Shown: positions 23,001 to 35,999 of the stretch, piece after piece
Layout of the letters: each line of letters opens with the position of its first letter
Numbering within the stretch: the first letter of the stretch is position 1
Assembly (NCBI RefSeq): GCF_004010195.1
Contig: NC_057718.1
Span: 80,415,484-80,458,718 of the forward strand
Origin: Chiloscyllium plagiosum
Lineage: Eukaryota
Direction of reading: 5' to 3'
DNA: 43,235 nucleotides
Made by a program: the position numbers and the translations under genes
The notes under the pieces: model-generated
The model's input: only the letters and a program-made list of their open reading frames with translations
Database searches by the model: none
What the model was told of the DNA's origin: nothing

Positions 23001-23627
23001 CGACCTCCAAGTGAAGCGAAGCTGTTGTCTCCTGCTTTCTATTTATATCCTTCTCCTGGATGGGGTTCCTGGGGTTTGTGGCGATGTCATTTCCTGTTCG
23101 TTTTCTGAGGGGTTGATAGATGGCATCTAGATCTATGCGTTTGTTTATGGCGTTGTGGTTGGAGTGCCAAGCCTCTTGGAATTCTTTGGCATGCCTTTGC
23201 TTAGCCTGTCCCAGGATAGTTGTGTTGTCCCAGTCGAAATGGTGGTTTTTTTCATCCGTGTGTAGGGCCACGAGGGAGAGAGGGTCGTGTCTTTTTGTGG
23301 CTAGCTGGTGTTCGTGTAGCCTGGTGGCTAACTTTCTTCCTGTTTGTCCTCCGTAGTGTTTGTGGCAGTTCTTGCATGGAATTTTGTAGACGACGTTAGT
23401 TTTGTCCATGGGTTGTATTGGGTCTTTTAAGTTTGTTAGTTTTTGTTTGACAGTGTTGGTGGGTTTGTGTGCTACTAGGATTCCGAGGGGTCGTAGTAGT
23501 CTGGCTGTCATTTCTGAAACTTCTTTGATGTATGGTAAGGTGGTTAGGGTTTCTGGACAAGCAGACCAAACACAGCCAGAAATAAATAGAAAGCAGGAGA
23601 CAACAGCTTCGCTTCACTTGGAGGTCA

Positions 23628-23667
23628 CCACTGATGATGTTACCTAGCCAGGTAATGAAACGTCTGG
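23628..23667 (+). ncRNA. Minimal hammerhead ribozyme motif in Penelope pLTR
   Basis: CCA-CTGATGA-T-GTTACC-TAGCCA-GGTAAT-GAAAC-GTC-TGG: core CUGAUGA/GAAA, 6-bp stem II, stem I CCA/UGG, GUC triplet. Confidence 0.8.
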
Positions 23668-25775
23668 ATATCAAACCTACAGCTCAGTGAGCAAACCTAC
23701 ACCCTAAATCTCAACCTGAGCTACAAACCTTCACAAACCTTGCATATATTATATAACGATGCATAATTGGATGAACTTTGAATGAATTAACATTTCAACC
23801 AATTTATTCTAGTCCTAAATAAATATTAAATTAGCTAATAATCAATAAAAATAACCAAGTAATTTTAAAATTAAACAAAGATGTCTTGTCAATTAGACTG
23901 ATAAAAGTGACACATGAAGAGCAGACCAATAAGATATTCTATTCATCTAATTCTATAATTTCTCAACTTGTTGTGCAGCAACACATCGTTTTTCTTGTCT
24001 TAGATATGTGTATTTACTGGGATGTCTTTACAATTTATTGATAGAAGAGTTATAAACTACAGGCAGAATTCTAAAGGGGCCTGAATGACATGAGTCTTGC
24101 CAGAAATCTGGTAGAATCGTACAGAAGGTACAATGAGTCTTTCCTCAATGTTCAAAACAACTTGTAATAATTGTAGCTTAAGTTCTGAACGTCAAGGTAA
24201 GATGTTCATTAGGCAGCACAAGTTGTCTATTAAGGGCATAATTGCTTGTTAACAACTTTATTAACTGCAAATCTGACCTCATTAATGTGCTGGTTTATAC
24301 CAATTTGCTGCAAGCAAACTGAATGTTGACAACTCTTCATATGCAAGTCAGAATGAGTATTTGGTGACTGCAATTCCCCACTTGCTTCAAAAGGACACCA
24401 GGATTCCATATGCACCAGCCATACCTATCCCACATCCATAGACATAGGCATCCAACATATGCCAGCCTCCAGGAATCCACATGGCACATCTCCAGTTCAC
24501 TTACAGTAAGCTTCTGCACATCAATGCTGCCCCTTGAGCTGCAGTGACAATTGTAACGTAGCACCCATGGACACATATCCATCTCATGAACAGGACCAGA
24601 CTATAACTCCAGGCTGTTCTCTTGGCATACATGCACAGCACCAGTGTCTTTCCATGCCTTTTTGTGCCTTTCCCTTCGACCAGAGGTACTAGGCTCATGG
24701 CACTGCAGTATTGCCTTACTATTTAGGCAATGCAAAGGCAGGAAGCTTGCCATGGCTGTCAGCCATCCTTCGTCAAGTCGAAGGAGATTGCTTTTAGACC
24801 GGGGATCCCAGTACGTTGAGGTTTGCCTTCAATATCAGTCCAGGGGCTTGGATACAGTCAGTCACTCAGGGCAATCAGAGTACGAATCTTCTCCTAACAA
24901 GAGGTAAGGAGCAAATGCAGTTGTTGTGGGTGTGAGCTGGGCTAACGAAATCTGATTCCAATTCTTCACTTTTACCAATCTAGCCTTAAAATTCCAACTC
25001 AAGAGTCAATCTGTCACGGACTACCTCAATGACTGCTCCTGTTCTGGTCGATCATCCTCCTGTCCTGGAGCCACATTCACCTACACTCCAGTACTTATTC
25101 ACAGAGGCAACTCCAGATTTTTCCTCTCAGCGAGATTTAACAAGTTACACCCGGTCCCTGGATTTTCCCTGAACTCTAATCTTGTTCAGCTGTATGAAGC
25201 AAATAATGCTTGTGGTTTTTCAATCCCCACTTTCAACTGTACTGTCCTACAGTTGAGCCATCACAACTTCCAGGCTTTTCTGAAGCCCTGACTCCAACAA
25301 CTAGCTGGCTGATTTTAGATCTTGACCGGAGTTTCAGCAACACAGAGGGGCTTAACTCATGCCCATGGAGAACCAGTGCAATTCAGCTGACTTCCCTGAA
25401 ATACAGCTAACAATCAGCACTTCTCACACACAGTCTACCCCCTATTTCTCTCTCAACCTACTGATCTTCAGTTTGTGTGCGTAAACTTTTGAACTGCCCA
25501 TCTGTGACTCCTGAACTTTCCTGAGTGACCTACTGATAAGCTTGCAATAGATCTTTCTCCAGCTGGGCAGAATTCGATGTTACCATCTGACAACACTTGG
25601 AATGGAGTGCACCTTCAATGTTACCAGTCATAAATAGCTGGCTTGCTCAGTACAAAAAAAAAGAGTTCTGCATAATGAGAAGATTTCATGACAAATTTTA
25701 TTCATGTTTGGTAGTTTATCACAATTCTTAATTATTCACCATTCTCCCAACCTCACCTGTTTATTCAAATTGTCA

Positions 25776-26225
25776 CTGAATCACAGAAATGTTATATCAC
25801 AGGAGGCCATTCAACCCCATTGAGTCCATGCTGGGTCCCTGCAGATCAATCTAGTCAGTCCCATTACCCCGCTCTATCCTTGTTGTTCTACATATTTATT
25901 TCCCTCAAGTGTTCATCTCATTTCGTTTTGAAATCATTCATCTTCTCTGCTTCCATCACCCTTGTACGCAGCTTTTCCCAGGCCAGTGAAAAAAAAAATC
26001 AAAATTTTAAACAACTGTGGTCACAGCATTGATCCTTGTGGGACTCCAATTCCCACCGCCAACCACTGAATTGTCACAACTCACATCTCTTCTCTGCTTT
26101 CTGTTTTAAAGCCTGCCAGATTTCCATTCTACTACTTGTAACCTGCCTCTACCTGCACTGACCTTGTTCATTTATCTATTATGTAGTACCTTACTGAAGG
26201 TGTTTAGAAATCTATGTGCTTTTAG
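25776..26225 (-). mobile_element. Degraded CR1 fragments (3' UTR plus RT GVPQGS region)
   Basis: TGATCCTTGTGGGACTCC at ~26031-26048 is GVPQGS on the minus strand; CR1-like tail at 25776-25975. Confidence 0.6.
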
Positions 26226-26584
26226 AAGTTTATCCTCACGATAACATCCATATTTTCCAAATAACACTTTCCCTAATTTGACCCAAATTAAATACCGGAG
26301 TTTAGGCCATGTTACCTATGAAGAAATGTGTTTCACATTTTTTGATGGGTTATATCAACTATACTATCCCAAGTAGCAGCAGTAGAGGTAGCTAGCACAA
26401 TAGTGAAATTCAGCATAAGCCACAACATCGTAGTGTAGCAGGACAACAAAGTGTTTTCTGAGAAGTCAAGAAAGAGCAATGCCTCCCAAATTGAAGGTGC
26501 ATTGCAGATTTTAGCTCTTTTTCAAAAACTGAATCACAGCGACTGCAAAACTATTTTGAATGTTGCTGTGAACTCTTTGCAGGA

Positions 26585-26756
26585 ATTCAGAGTCATACAG
26601 CGAAAACAAGATTCTTCCGTCCATCTGCACATGCTGAAAATAATCCCAAACTAAACAAATCCCACCTGCCTGCTCCTGGCCCATATCCCTCCAAACCCTT
26701 CCTATTCATGTACCTATTCAAAAGTTTAACTGTTGTAATTGTACCCACATCCACAA
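26585..26756 (-). mobile_element. CR1 3' UTR fragment
   Basis: AATCCCAAACTAAAC...CCTGCCTGCTCCTGGCC is shared with 1217-1257. Confidence 0.8.
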
Positions 26757-28919
26757 GTGAAACCAACAGTTTTTAACACTGCCACTGGAGGCTGTCACAG
26801 AAAAGGAAAGTAAAAATGTGACTAGGAATGCTCCTACTGCCATCATATCAAAAATGTGTTCCACTGGCTGTTGAGTCCCCATCGCTTCCAACCAATCCTA
26901 ACCATGATTTTGTTCTCTCCCATTAATTCCTACTGACCAATCTTTACCTTCATCACAGAAAGTGCACTGCCCGTTAGGATATGAGTGACATTGCCCACCA
27001 TCTTGGAATTAGGATCATTTTATAAAGAGGAACATATGGACATTGATTAGAACTGTGCATATTTTCGGGTCAGAAATTCATTCTGGAACAGTGACTTAAA
27101 TGCAACCGCTCCAAGAAAACATGTGACAACAAACAAAGGCTTGGAAGAACACTTGAAGTGTAAGTACAATAAGATGCTTATATTTCTGGGTTTATGACAA
27201 GCTGTGTAAATCTATTAAGTCATTCCTTCTGTTTTTGCTTCAGAGCTGAAAATTCAGAGATTTATTGACAAGAATTGAATAGAGTTCAGAAGCAAGTTTA
27301 GTTTCTTTCCAAGCTATTTCAGTTCAATTCAGATGAAACCAGTCACAAGAGCAGCAGTGCTTTCTCTAGTCTGTGAAGTGTCAATGCCAAGAGAGCTTGG
27401 CATAGAAATCTTCAGGTTCTTAGAGTTGGAATACATTTAGGTCATCAGAATTGTGAAAGATACATCCCATGAGACTAAGGCAGTATTCATAAAATTGTCT
27501 CTACAGTTCAACAAAAAGAAATTTAAGGAGTCAATTAAGTAGAAACTTATTGAGTATTTGTAATGGATAATGTCAGAAAACTGGTTGAAACTTTGGGCAG
27601 AATTGTCCCAGGCTCTAAGCAATGTGGGCAATGGCATATCAATTGGGAAAATATGGCGAGATTGGAAAATTAAGATTCTTGATATTGGGAAAACAAGTCA
27701 GATTTTGCACCCAAGGTTTTATCAAAGAGATTAGAATCTTACCAGTGAGCATCAAGAAGCCTACTTCATACCTTTGTATCTCATTGATACTTATGTCATC
27801 TCATTTATATGAAATTTGCTATCCTCCCATGAGGCAGGGAGAAACCAAATGTTGACAATTCCTGACATGCAGGTTTGAGCGGGTGCCTGATGGCTCCAGT
27901 TCACTATCCATTCCCCCAGGCCTCTGTCATGGCCAGCGGTCCCCAAAATCTTTGTACAGTTCATAGGAAGTGACAAACTTTGCACATGGGTGTTGGCATT
28001 GGACATGTACTAGCTTTACCATAGGCTCATGTCGCATCTCCAGCTCACTTATAATACAATCCACCACCTTGATATTGTAGTTTGGATAACACCAACATCT
28101 GTTGTAGCTGTGCTGCTTGTAGGGCACTTTAGGTACAAGGACAGGCACAAACCTCATGCATCAGAACAAGGAGGACTTCAGGGCTCTTAGTTTGCTTGTT
28201 GGCACTCACTCACTTTGTGCCTACTTGGATGCTAACTGCATCACTGCCTTGTCTTGTCTGCCTTTTTGTGAACTGCCAGCTTATTCAGAACTTACAGCCT
28301 TGCAGTCCTTATATCTTTCCTTGTCTTTTAGCACCAAAAATAATCCAGCCATCTTGACATATTTACCAGCAATGATCAGCCAAGGGGGCAGAAGATTGCT
28401 TAATGGCACCATGCTATGTCAATACTACACATACTGCAAGTGTTAGTAGCTTACATGGCAAACTACTACAACTAAATGACCATAGGTCTAAGTCCAGGAG
28501 GACTTCCATGAGGAAAGGGTCCCCCCACAGTCAGTCAAGGAAATCATTGTCTCAGTCTAGAGACATGGGCATGGTCAGTAGGCAACTTGGGGTGGCCAAG
28601 GTCAGGAGTTCCATATCATTACAGTCTGGAGATTGGGCCACAGTCAGTCCAAGTCTAGTACAACTAGTCTAAAAACTAGGAGGATGTCAGTCAGGGGCTG
28701 AACAGATATTAGTCAGAGGGCTATTCAGTTATTTGTTGGCTCAAGCACATGCCATGAAGGTATTCACATACAGAATGAGGTAAACAGCAGAGAATTGCAT
28801 GAGATAACTCACTTGAGCTCCCCTCCTGGCACTTACCCCTGCCACCGCAGGAATTGCAAAACCTGCACGCACACCTCCCCCCTCACCTCCATCCAAGGCA
28901 CAGGGAGAATATGCATGGG

Positions 28920-29018
28920 GAGAAATTCCACATACAGAGTCACCAGAGGGTGTAACTGAACCCTGGTACTTGGCACTGTGAAGCAGCAGTGCCAACCACT
29001 GAGCCATCATGATGCCCC
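28920..29018 (-). mobile_element. tRNA-derived SINE head (HE1/V-SINE-like)
   Basis: Reverse complement has A box TGGCTCAGTGG, then CACTGCTGCTTCACAGTGCCA, and B box GGGTTCAGTTAC. Confidence 0.75.
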
Positions 29019-29303
29019 TAGCATTGGCATAATCAGTTGAATACATTCAAAAGATTATTTAACTACAGATGGTTCTGTCTTTTTATTTTGCATCGGAGAT
29101 TGAAGAATAAAAGATGCCTCTAATTTTGAAAATTTTGATGGGCAAGAAAAAAGGGCAAGGGAAAGAAGGTTTGTGTGGGTGGAGAGTTAAATCCCCTCAA
29201 ATTGATGTTGGGCCAGAATAAAAAATATCATCCTGGACTCTTTTGGTCAATGGGAACAATTTCCCCGGTGAAACTGACAGGTAGGGAAAGTTTTAATCCC
29301 TAC

Positions 29304-29506
29304 CATAGCTGGGGGGCAGGTTGCTTTTAAAAGCACTTCTCTCAGACATGCGCTTACTGCTTGATGGGTGATTACCAGCTTTTTCCTGCGAGCCTGGTCC
29401 TTGACCTTGAGAATTTTTTAAAACACATAGCTGGGGGGCAGGTTGCTTTTAAAAGCACTTCTCTCAGACATGCGCTTACTGCTTGATGGGTGATTACCAG
29501 CTTTTT
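29304..29506. repeat. Perfect 81-bp direct repeat (29304-29384, 29426-29506) with a 41-bp spacer
   Basis: CATAGCTGGGGGGCAGG...GATTACCAGCTTTTT occurs twice, identical on reading. Confidence 0.92.
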
Positions 29507-29721
29507 GGAAGACACTTCACCTGCAGAAGATTTCACTCACCTTCCCCTGTACTTGCCTGCTGCCAGCTTCACAACCTGGCAGCAGCTTTTACAGTGGCAT
29601 CTTGCATGGCTAATGAGGGGCAAGAATAGAAGTCACACTATCACCAATTACATGACTAACAGCAGCACTTTCTTCAGTTCACTTCTCCTTAGGGCAGAGG
29701 GATAGACTCAAAGATCTAGCT

Positions 29722-29950
29722 GGATAAAAACCAAAAGAACTGTGGATGCTGTAAATCAGAAACAAAAACAGAAATTGATGGAAAAGCTCAGCAGGTCTGG
29801 AGAAAAATCAGAGTTCACGTTTTGGGTCCAGTGACCCTTCTTTTGAACCATTCTGAAGAAGGATCACCGGATCAGAAACATAAACTCGGATTTCTCTCCA
29901 CAGATGCTGCCAGACCTGCTGAGTTTCACAACAATTTATTTTTTTTTGTT
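29722..29950. mobile_element. Palindromic pLTR-derived element with degraded back-to-back hammerhead motifs
   Basis: Inverted arms CTCAGCAGGTCTGG / CCAGACCTGCTGAG; CTGAAGAAGGATCACCGGATCAGAAAC at 29853-29879. Confidence 0.75.
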
Positions 29951-30018
29951 AAAGAACTCGCTGGAGTTAGGAAAACCTTTATCAAGGATTCACAAATACA
30001 GGATCTTGTTTCCTAACA

Positions 30019-30145
30019 GTTCTGAGCATCAATGCCTCAAGAGACTCAGGCTCTCATGGTAAATTGCTGCTGACATCTGCAGCCTCTTGAAAGAAGATAC
30101 CCCGCCCAGTCAAAAAAGTGGGCACATGCTGCCCTTAGCCGAGTA
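30019..30145 (+). pseudogene. Harbinger transposase N-terminal remnant
   Basis: SEHQCLKRLRLSW*IAADICSLLKEDTPP...GHMLPLA resembles the SExQCxRRLRLS..IC.LL..DL.P..LP motif of HARBI1-like transposases. Confidence 0.7.
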
Positions 30146-33123
30146 GCTGCCTGTCACTAAAAGGCAACCCACCCCTTACCAATTTGCGGTCTCTGCATTT
30201 TGCCAAAATGTGTGCCCTCGTTTCTTCTAAGGACAAACATTAGAGAGATATAAGTATTTGTAGCAGTTTGTGCAGTGGGAAGGAAGGACAAACTTGGAGG
30301 GTAACTGTAAGGAATGAGGGCAAGGGGAGATGAGATGAATGTTTATGAGAATGTTGGCTGCTTGGATTGAAACAGGAGGTGTCTAGCGAGAGAGAAATGA
30401 ATGGATTTGTAAGGAGTGTCATTCTGAAGAGTGCTCTGTGGTAAATTAAGGAATGGAGCTAAAACACTAATTACTCATGACTGACTAACCTGTCGTGCCC
30501 TCCAGATGTCCTTAATCCTTAGTCTCGTGTGTCCAAGCTGGAAGGATCACAAGACCGGTAAAAGTTAAAAACCAGAGGAGCAGTTATCGTCTCTTGAAAG
30601 TTGTAGCTTTACAACCTCAAAATCTAATTACTGATAAGCATGATATGCCTTGCTGCCATCTCTTTTATTTGAAAATCTTCTTTTTCAGATTGGACATGCC
30701 ATCCCAGCCAGTCTCCCTAATTTTCAGCAACCAAGAGCTAGGATAATAATTCTATGCCTCTGGACAAGACCTTTGTCAAAATCTACTTCATCATCATTTG
30801 GGCTTCCAATCTACAAATGGTCCTGTATTATGCCAGAATAAAGTTGATAAAATTCTTTCCAGATTATCTGATTATTATCACATAATATTTCCATAACCTT
30901 TATGAGCACAAGGTCAATGCTGTAATTTCAACATTAAAACAAAACCTAAACTGCTCAAGTAATTATTTGCTTGGAAAAAGGGCATCAAGACACCTTGAGA
31001 ACATGAATTCAATGTCTTTTATTTTTAATTGTTTTATTAATTTAGGTACATTTTCTAGGAATTCTCTTTCATTGTGCACTGCACACTGAAAATCGGCATT
31101 CAAAACCAAACAGCCTCTTGGCTTGATACTTTTATGACTTTTGCAGTTGAAATAAAGAGAGAATACTGTGATTACGTTTACCTATAGCTGTTATGAATGG
31201 TACTGTTCTATCATTTCATCTCCATAAAAAATGTCATTATTCATCGAAAGCATCATAATCTCAAGTAGTGTTCACTTCATCCAGCCATTCGTGCTTTTAC
31301 TAAAAGATTTATAAAGCTTCTAGGACAGAAATTGATGAATTCATCAGTAGCAGAGCCATGTTGATTATAATCAATAACAATTTTATCCTGGAAATGAAAT
31401 TTCAATTAATGAGCATTTTCATTGTAATTTTAACTTTATCACACATGGCACTGTCAAAGTTTCTATTATTAACTTCTTATAAAATACATGTTATGAAAGC
31501 AAAAGAGGGTAGAAAACAATATTTTATCCATCAAAATTATGCAGTAGAAGATGATCAAGCACTGGATTGATGGATTCCCATTCCAAGCATTTCTTTGAAA
31601 TTCAGACTTGATCAGGACAAATCAACTCTCATGAAGGAATAACCTCTGTTGCAAATAAATGAGTTCTAACTTAAAAAAACATTGCTAGACCAGTCTCGAG
31701 GATCAGTCTGATCAGTCAATCTGGGAATGGCAGTATCACCAGCTAAAAAACACATAATAATCTAAACTACAATGTAGGAATGTGGTATTTGCAGCTCCTG
31801 TATTCTGGTCCCTTAAGGATAGTACAAGTAGCAACATGATCAAACCAAATCAAGAAAGATTTTCAAAGCTTTTACACTACAGAAAACGTAAGAGATTAAA
31901 ACAATCATGAATGCTGTACAAATGATGAAAAAATGTATTCGAGCAAAAGAAAAAAAAGAGATGGTTGATGAATTTAATTACAAAAATTTGATCTGGGATT
32001 TGAAAGAGAGATCATATATGTTGACTAGTTGTTCATTGACCAAAATACATCTTTGAAAAATTAGGTGTGACTAAATCTAAATGTATTAGGAGACAAATTT
32101 TCATTCTCAACATTTCTGCATATCGTAAAGAATTTTTTTGTGAATTCAGACATTTCACCTGAAATATGAAAAATAATTGTTCAGATGTACAAACCCTCTC
32201 AGTCAACTTTAAAATGTTAGTGTTAAAAAGAAATATTGCTGCCAATATTTGCTTTGTTCAAATGATTGTCATGCATTACACATCTTAAGAATTCTCTGTT
32301 TAGATGACAGTAAACAGTTTAGCCAGGTTAATACATGGACTGATCACACCCCAAGAGTAGGCAATTCTAGCTGGCAGAACCTAACCTGAAAATGAGAGTG
32401 GAAATGTGCCTGAAAACACCCAGCATAGAATCTACTGGGTGCTATTGAGAGAGAGTATTGGCTGATTTTGGAAGCCTTCAAGAAAAAGAGACGACTTACC
32501 TTTGGTACCTATCTGGTCTTACTACTTGATTCTTCAAATATGAGAGAGGGTTATATGTTCGAAACACACCATTAATTGCTTGAAGAGGCATTGAAAATGG
32601 GGACTGTTCAAGTGCAATGCTAGGAACCCTGAAATTCCAAATCCTACCTTGTCATCATGATTGCCCTGAACCTACAACTTTTCCACAAATCCATATCCAC
32701 TCATGCACAATTCCCTCTGCATCCTTAAACTGAACAATTTCCAGTTTGAACACATTTACTATATGATGGTGGTGATATTTATTGCGTTATTTGTTTGAAC
32801 TATATTAAATAGAACCAGGCTGCTGCCACACATTCCAAGATACTATCCAAAGCCAATTCTTCTAGAAATAGAGAGAGCACCCTGCAAGGCCAAATTCAGT
32901 CTCCCTGACCAAAAGGAAGCAGGCTTCTGCTAGCCATTTGGCCACAACTACATAGGAAAACTAACACAGGAAAAGGTTCCTGTATGGCAGCCAAAGGAAG
33001 TTACAGGAATGACTTGCGAAACTTCTTCTGCAATATTTGGTCATTTATTTCATAAAGGTTAGTTTAAAATGTTGAGAAAACATAAAATTGCCTTGGAATG
33101 ATGAATTGTAGACTCAACAATAA

Positions 33124-33500
33124 TCAATTCAGATCCAAGCCCAGAAGACGTGGTGTCAATGTGATTTTTGCTTCGAGACAAATGTCATGAAAGCAAATAT
33201 GGCATGAGGATTGCTTTCACTCATCTAGTGAAGGCTTATGATCATGTACCTGGGAAGGAAGTCTGGAGATGTATTAGAATTCATGGAGTCCCTGACAAGC
33301 ATGTAGAACAACTACAGGAGATATGCAAAAAGTACCAGGCAAAATAGGAAGCAATCTGGAGAAAGTTTTAAAGCCAAAGTTGGATTACATCAAAGACTGC
33401 AACTCAGCGCTTTCCTCTTATTAATTGCTTTGCATGTTCAAACTCAGAAGTGAGAATGGGAAGTGCCATGTGCAATATTAGTAGATGACATTAACCTAGA
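33124..33500 (+). pseudogene. RTE-clade LINE reverse transcriptase remnant
   Basis: IAFTHLVKAYDHVPGKEVWRCIRIHGVPDKHV...FKAKVGLHQRLQLSAFL...VPCAILVDDI, i.e. the DLEKAYDRVP, VGLHQGS and ADD motifs. Confidence 0.8.
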
Positions 33501-33624
33501 AGGCTGGGATTGATGAGAACAGAACAGATAATCAAAAGAATTGAAAACAAAACATGGGAAGACAGGGTTTTGTATACCAGTACACCAAAGACTCAATTTA
33601 AGGATTGTTGGTTTGAGATTACAG

Positions 33625-33790
33625 AAGGAACATAGAAACAGAGGAACAGGGATAGGCTATTCGGCTCTTTGTGGGAGTTGTGTCGCTCTAAATCAGGGTT
33701 AATCATCTACCTCAATAGCATAGTTCTGCACTTTCTCCAGTTTCTTCTGGTATGTCATTAGTCAATAGAAATCTATCAATCTCTTTCTTA
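33625..33790 (-). mobile_element. CR1 3' tail
   Basis: Similar to the 2546-2705 tail (CATAGGAGCAGAA..AGGCC..TTC..CC..TCTATCT). Confidence 0.55.
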
Positions 33791-33844
33791 GCCAATTAAG
33801 TCACTTTCATTACTTTCTGGGGTGAAATTATTTGAAAATGTTAT

Positions 33845-34243
33845 TTATTTGACTTCTTATTTTCACATGTACCAAGACACAGTGATAAGTATTGTATTTT
33901 GTGCTAACCAGACAAATCATACCTTACATAAGTATATCAGGGTAATAGAACAGAGTGCAGTTAAGGAGAAGTTGCGAGAAAGATCAACACGAATAAACGA
34001 TAGGTCTGTACATAAGTCTGTTTACAGCTGGGAAGAAGTTGTCCTTTAATCTGTTGGTACGTGTTTTCAAACTTTTGTATCTTTGGCCTGATTGAAGAGG
34101 GTGGAAGAGAGTATAACCAGGGTATGAGGGGTCATTGATTATGCTGGCTGCTTTTCCAAGGCAGTGGGTAGTGTGGACGGAGTCAATGGAACGAAGACTG
34201 GTTTTTCTGATGGAGTAGGCTGCGTTTACAACTCTCTGTAATT
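33845..34243 (-). mobile_element. Rex1/Babar LINE 3' end
   Basis: LQRVVNAAYSI...CLGKAASIINDPSYPGYTLFHPLQSGQRYKSLKTRTNRLKDNFFPAVNRL. Confidence 0.88.
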
Positions 34244-34245
34244 AT

Positions 34246-35195
34246 ACATATGGAAACAGACTCATTGTTCCAACTCATCTGCACTAACCAGATATCCCAA
34301 TCGGACCTAATCCCATTTGCCAGCATTTGGCCCATATTCCTCTAAACGCTCCCTATGCATTTATCTATCCAGATGGCTTTAAATGCTGTAATTGTACCCT
34401 GCCTCCACCACTTCCTCTGGCAGCTCTTCCATACATGCACCATCTTCTGTGTGAAAAAGCAACCCCTCAGGTCCTTTGTAAATCTTTCCACTCTCACTTT
34501 AAACCTATGCCCTCTAGCTTTGCATTACCCCATCCTAGGAAAAAGACCTTGGCTATTCACCCTATCCATGTCCCTCATGATTTTATAAACTTCTATAATG
34601 GTCACCCCTCAGTCTCTGACACTCCTGGGAAAAAAGCATCAGCCTATTCAGCCTTTCTCTATGGCTCAAACCCCCCAGTCCCAGCACCATCCTTGTAAAT
34701 CTTTTCTGCACCCTCTCAAATTTAGCAACATCTTTCCTATAGAAGGGTGACCAGAAGTGTACACAGTATTCTAATAGGGGCCTCGCCAATGCCCTGTACA
34801 GCCACAACATGACATCCCAACTCTTATGCTAAATGTTCTGACCAATGAAGGGAAACATGCCAAAAGCCTTCTTCACCATCCTGTCTACCTGCAACTCCAC
34901 TTTCAAGGAACTATGCACCCGTACCCCTGTTTATTCAGGCAACACTCCCCAGGGGTTATTATTAACTATATACGTCCTGCCCTGATTTGCCTTAACAAAA
35001 TGCAACACCTCATATCTATTGAAATTAAATTCCATCTGCCACTCCACGTCCATTGGCCCATCTGATCAAGTTCTGAGATAATCTTCTTCACTGTCTGCTA
35101 TGCCATCTATTTTGATGTCATCTGCAAACTTATTAACCATAACTCCGATATTAATATCCAAATCATTTATATGAACGACAAAAAGCAGTGGATCT
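34246..35195 (-). mobile_element. CR1 LINE 3' ~950 bp
   Basis: ORF 34583-34810 LYRALARPLLEYCVHFWSPFYRKDVAKFERVQKRFTRM; KFADD motif at ~35115-35130. Confidence 0.92.
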
Positions 35196-35734
35196 GGTGG
35201 TACAGTTTGGCTTGATGACAAACTCTGGTGCCGAACTGGAGCACTACAGTTGGGATATTATGAATAGCCTTTTGCAAAGGATCCCAAGTGCTGTCGTGAC
35301 CCTACATTAATTTTGATTCCTGTCCGCAAGTGATGACAATTGTTACTAGCAGCTTTGCGATTCAGAGTTGGGACTTCTACTGAGGCTCTTGGCAATCTAA
35401 TGTTTCCTGGTTTCTGGTTTTACTGCTTACTTTAGTTGTGATACTATACCTAAGCCCTTTTTTGGTCAGGAAACAAGAGTTTAAAGCCAACTACTGATAT
35501 TCTTTCTGTGTTGATTCATAATTACAACATTAAAAGAATTAAGTTACAAGTATCTGGGTGTCAAAGTCATGGGTTGAGTTGAAGTATTAGTGGCCACATA
35601 TGGTGAGCAAGGGACATACACAATTATACTATATCAGAAAATTATAATCTTTTCAAGTTGATCCTACAATCATGAAACAGTCTTATTTGGCTATGGTTGA
35701 GAGTGCTTTCTTTTTGGAAATCTTGATTGGAATT

Positions 35735-35855
35735 CGTGAGTTTTGAGAAGATTTGTAGCTCAAGTTGAGGTTCTGGATGTAGGTTTGCTCGCTGAGTTGG
35801 AAGGTTCGTTTTCAGATGTTTCGTCACCATACCAGGTAACATCTTCAGTTAGCTG
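35735..35855 (-). mobile_element. Solo Penelope/Poseidon pLTR with hammerhead motif (35811-35850)
   Basis: TGTAGGTTTGCTCGCTGAG is shared with 22927-22945; minus strand CTGAAGA-T-GTTACC-TGGTAT-GGTGAC-GAAAC-ATC. Confidence 0.8.
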
Positions 35856-35999
35856 GTATAATTGTCTCAGGTAAGCAAATTTGAAAGTCTATAAAGAAGG
35901 AAGGGTATTTATGAGATAATCCTCTTTGATGAAAGCTGCTTTTGAAGAATTTTCACAGAAGTTTGTCATGAAAGAGCGAGGGTTAGGGTTAAGTGGGAA

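Larger units (their letters stand above)
22923..23743. mobile_element. Penelope/Poseidon-type element: minus GIY-YIG fragment with pLTR, plus inverted pLTR (~23575-23743); 12-bp TSD
   Basis: ORF 22981-23511 VAHKPTNT...LKD...TNVVYKIPCKNCHKHYGGQTGRKLATRLHEH; TSD ATATATTATATA at 22911-22922 and 23744-23755; ~125-bp inverted repeat. Confidence 0.92.

Noticed and set aside
24060..28900. GGCAGAATT motifs (~24062, 25565, 27595) as Harbinger TIRs
   Set aside because: Could not pair the ends or find TSDs; too decayed to delimit.
29304..29506. CRISPR-like repeat-spacer-repeat
   Set aside because: Only two 81-bp units, vertebrate context, no cas genes.
31278..31388. Minus-strand acceptor followed by DKIVIDYNQHGSATDEFINFCPRSFINLLVKARMAG*
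   Set aside because: Only 36 codons, peptide not recognised, and opposite to the better exon candidate; could be chance.
32499..32628. Minus-strand AG...GTAAGT-bounded open frame
   Set aside because: Weak polypyrimidine tract, unrecognised peptide, repeat-like context.
34327..35065. Plus-strand ORFs of 77-123 aa (also 37018-38090)
   Set aside because: Antisense frames of CR1 elements.
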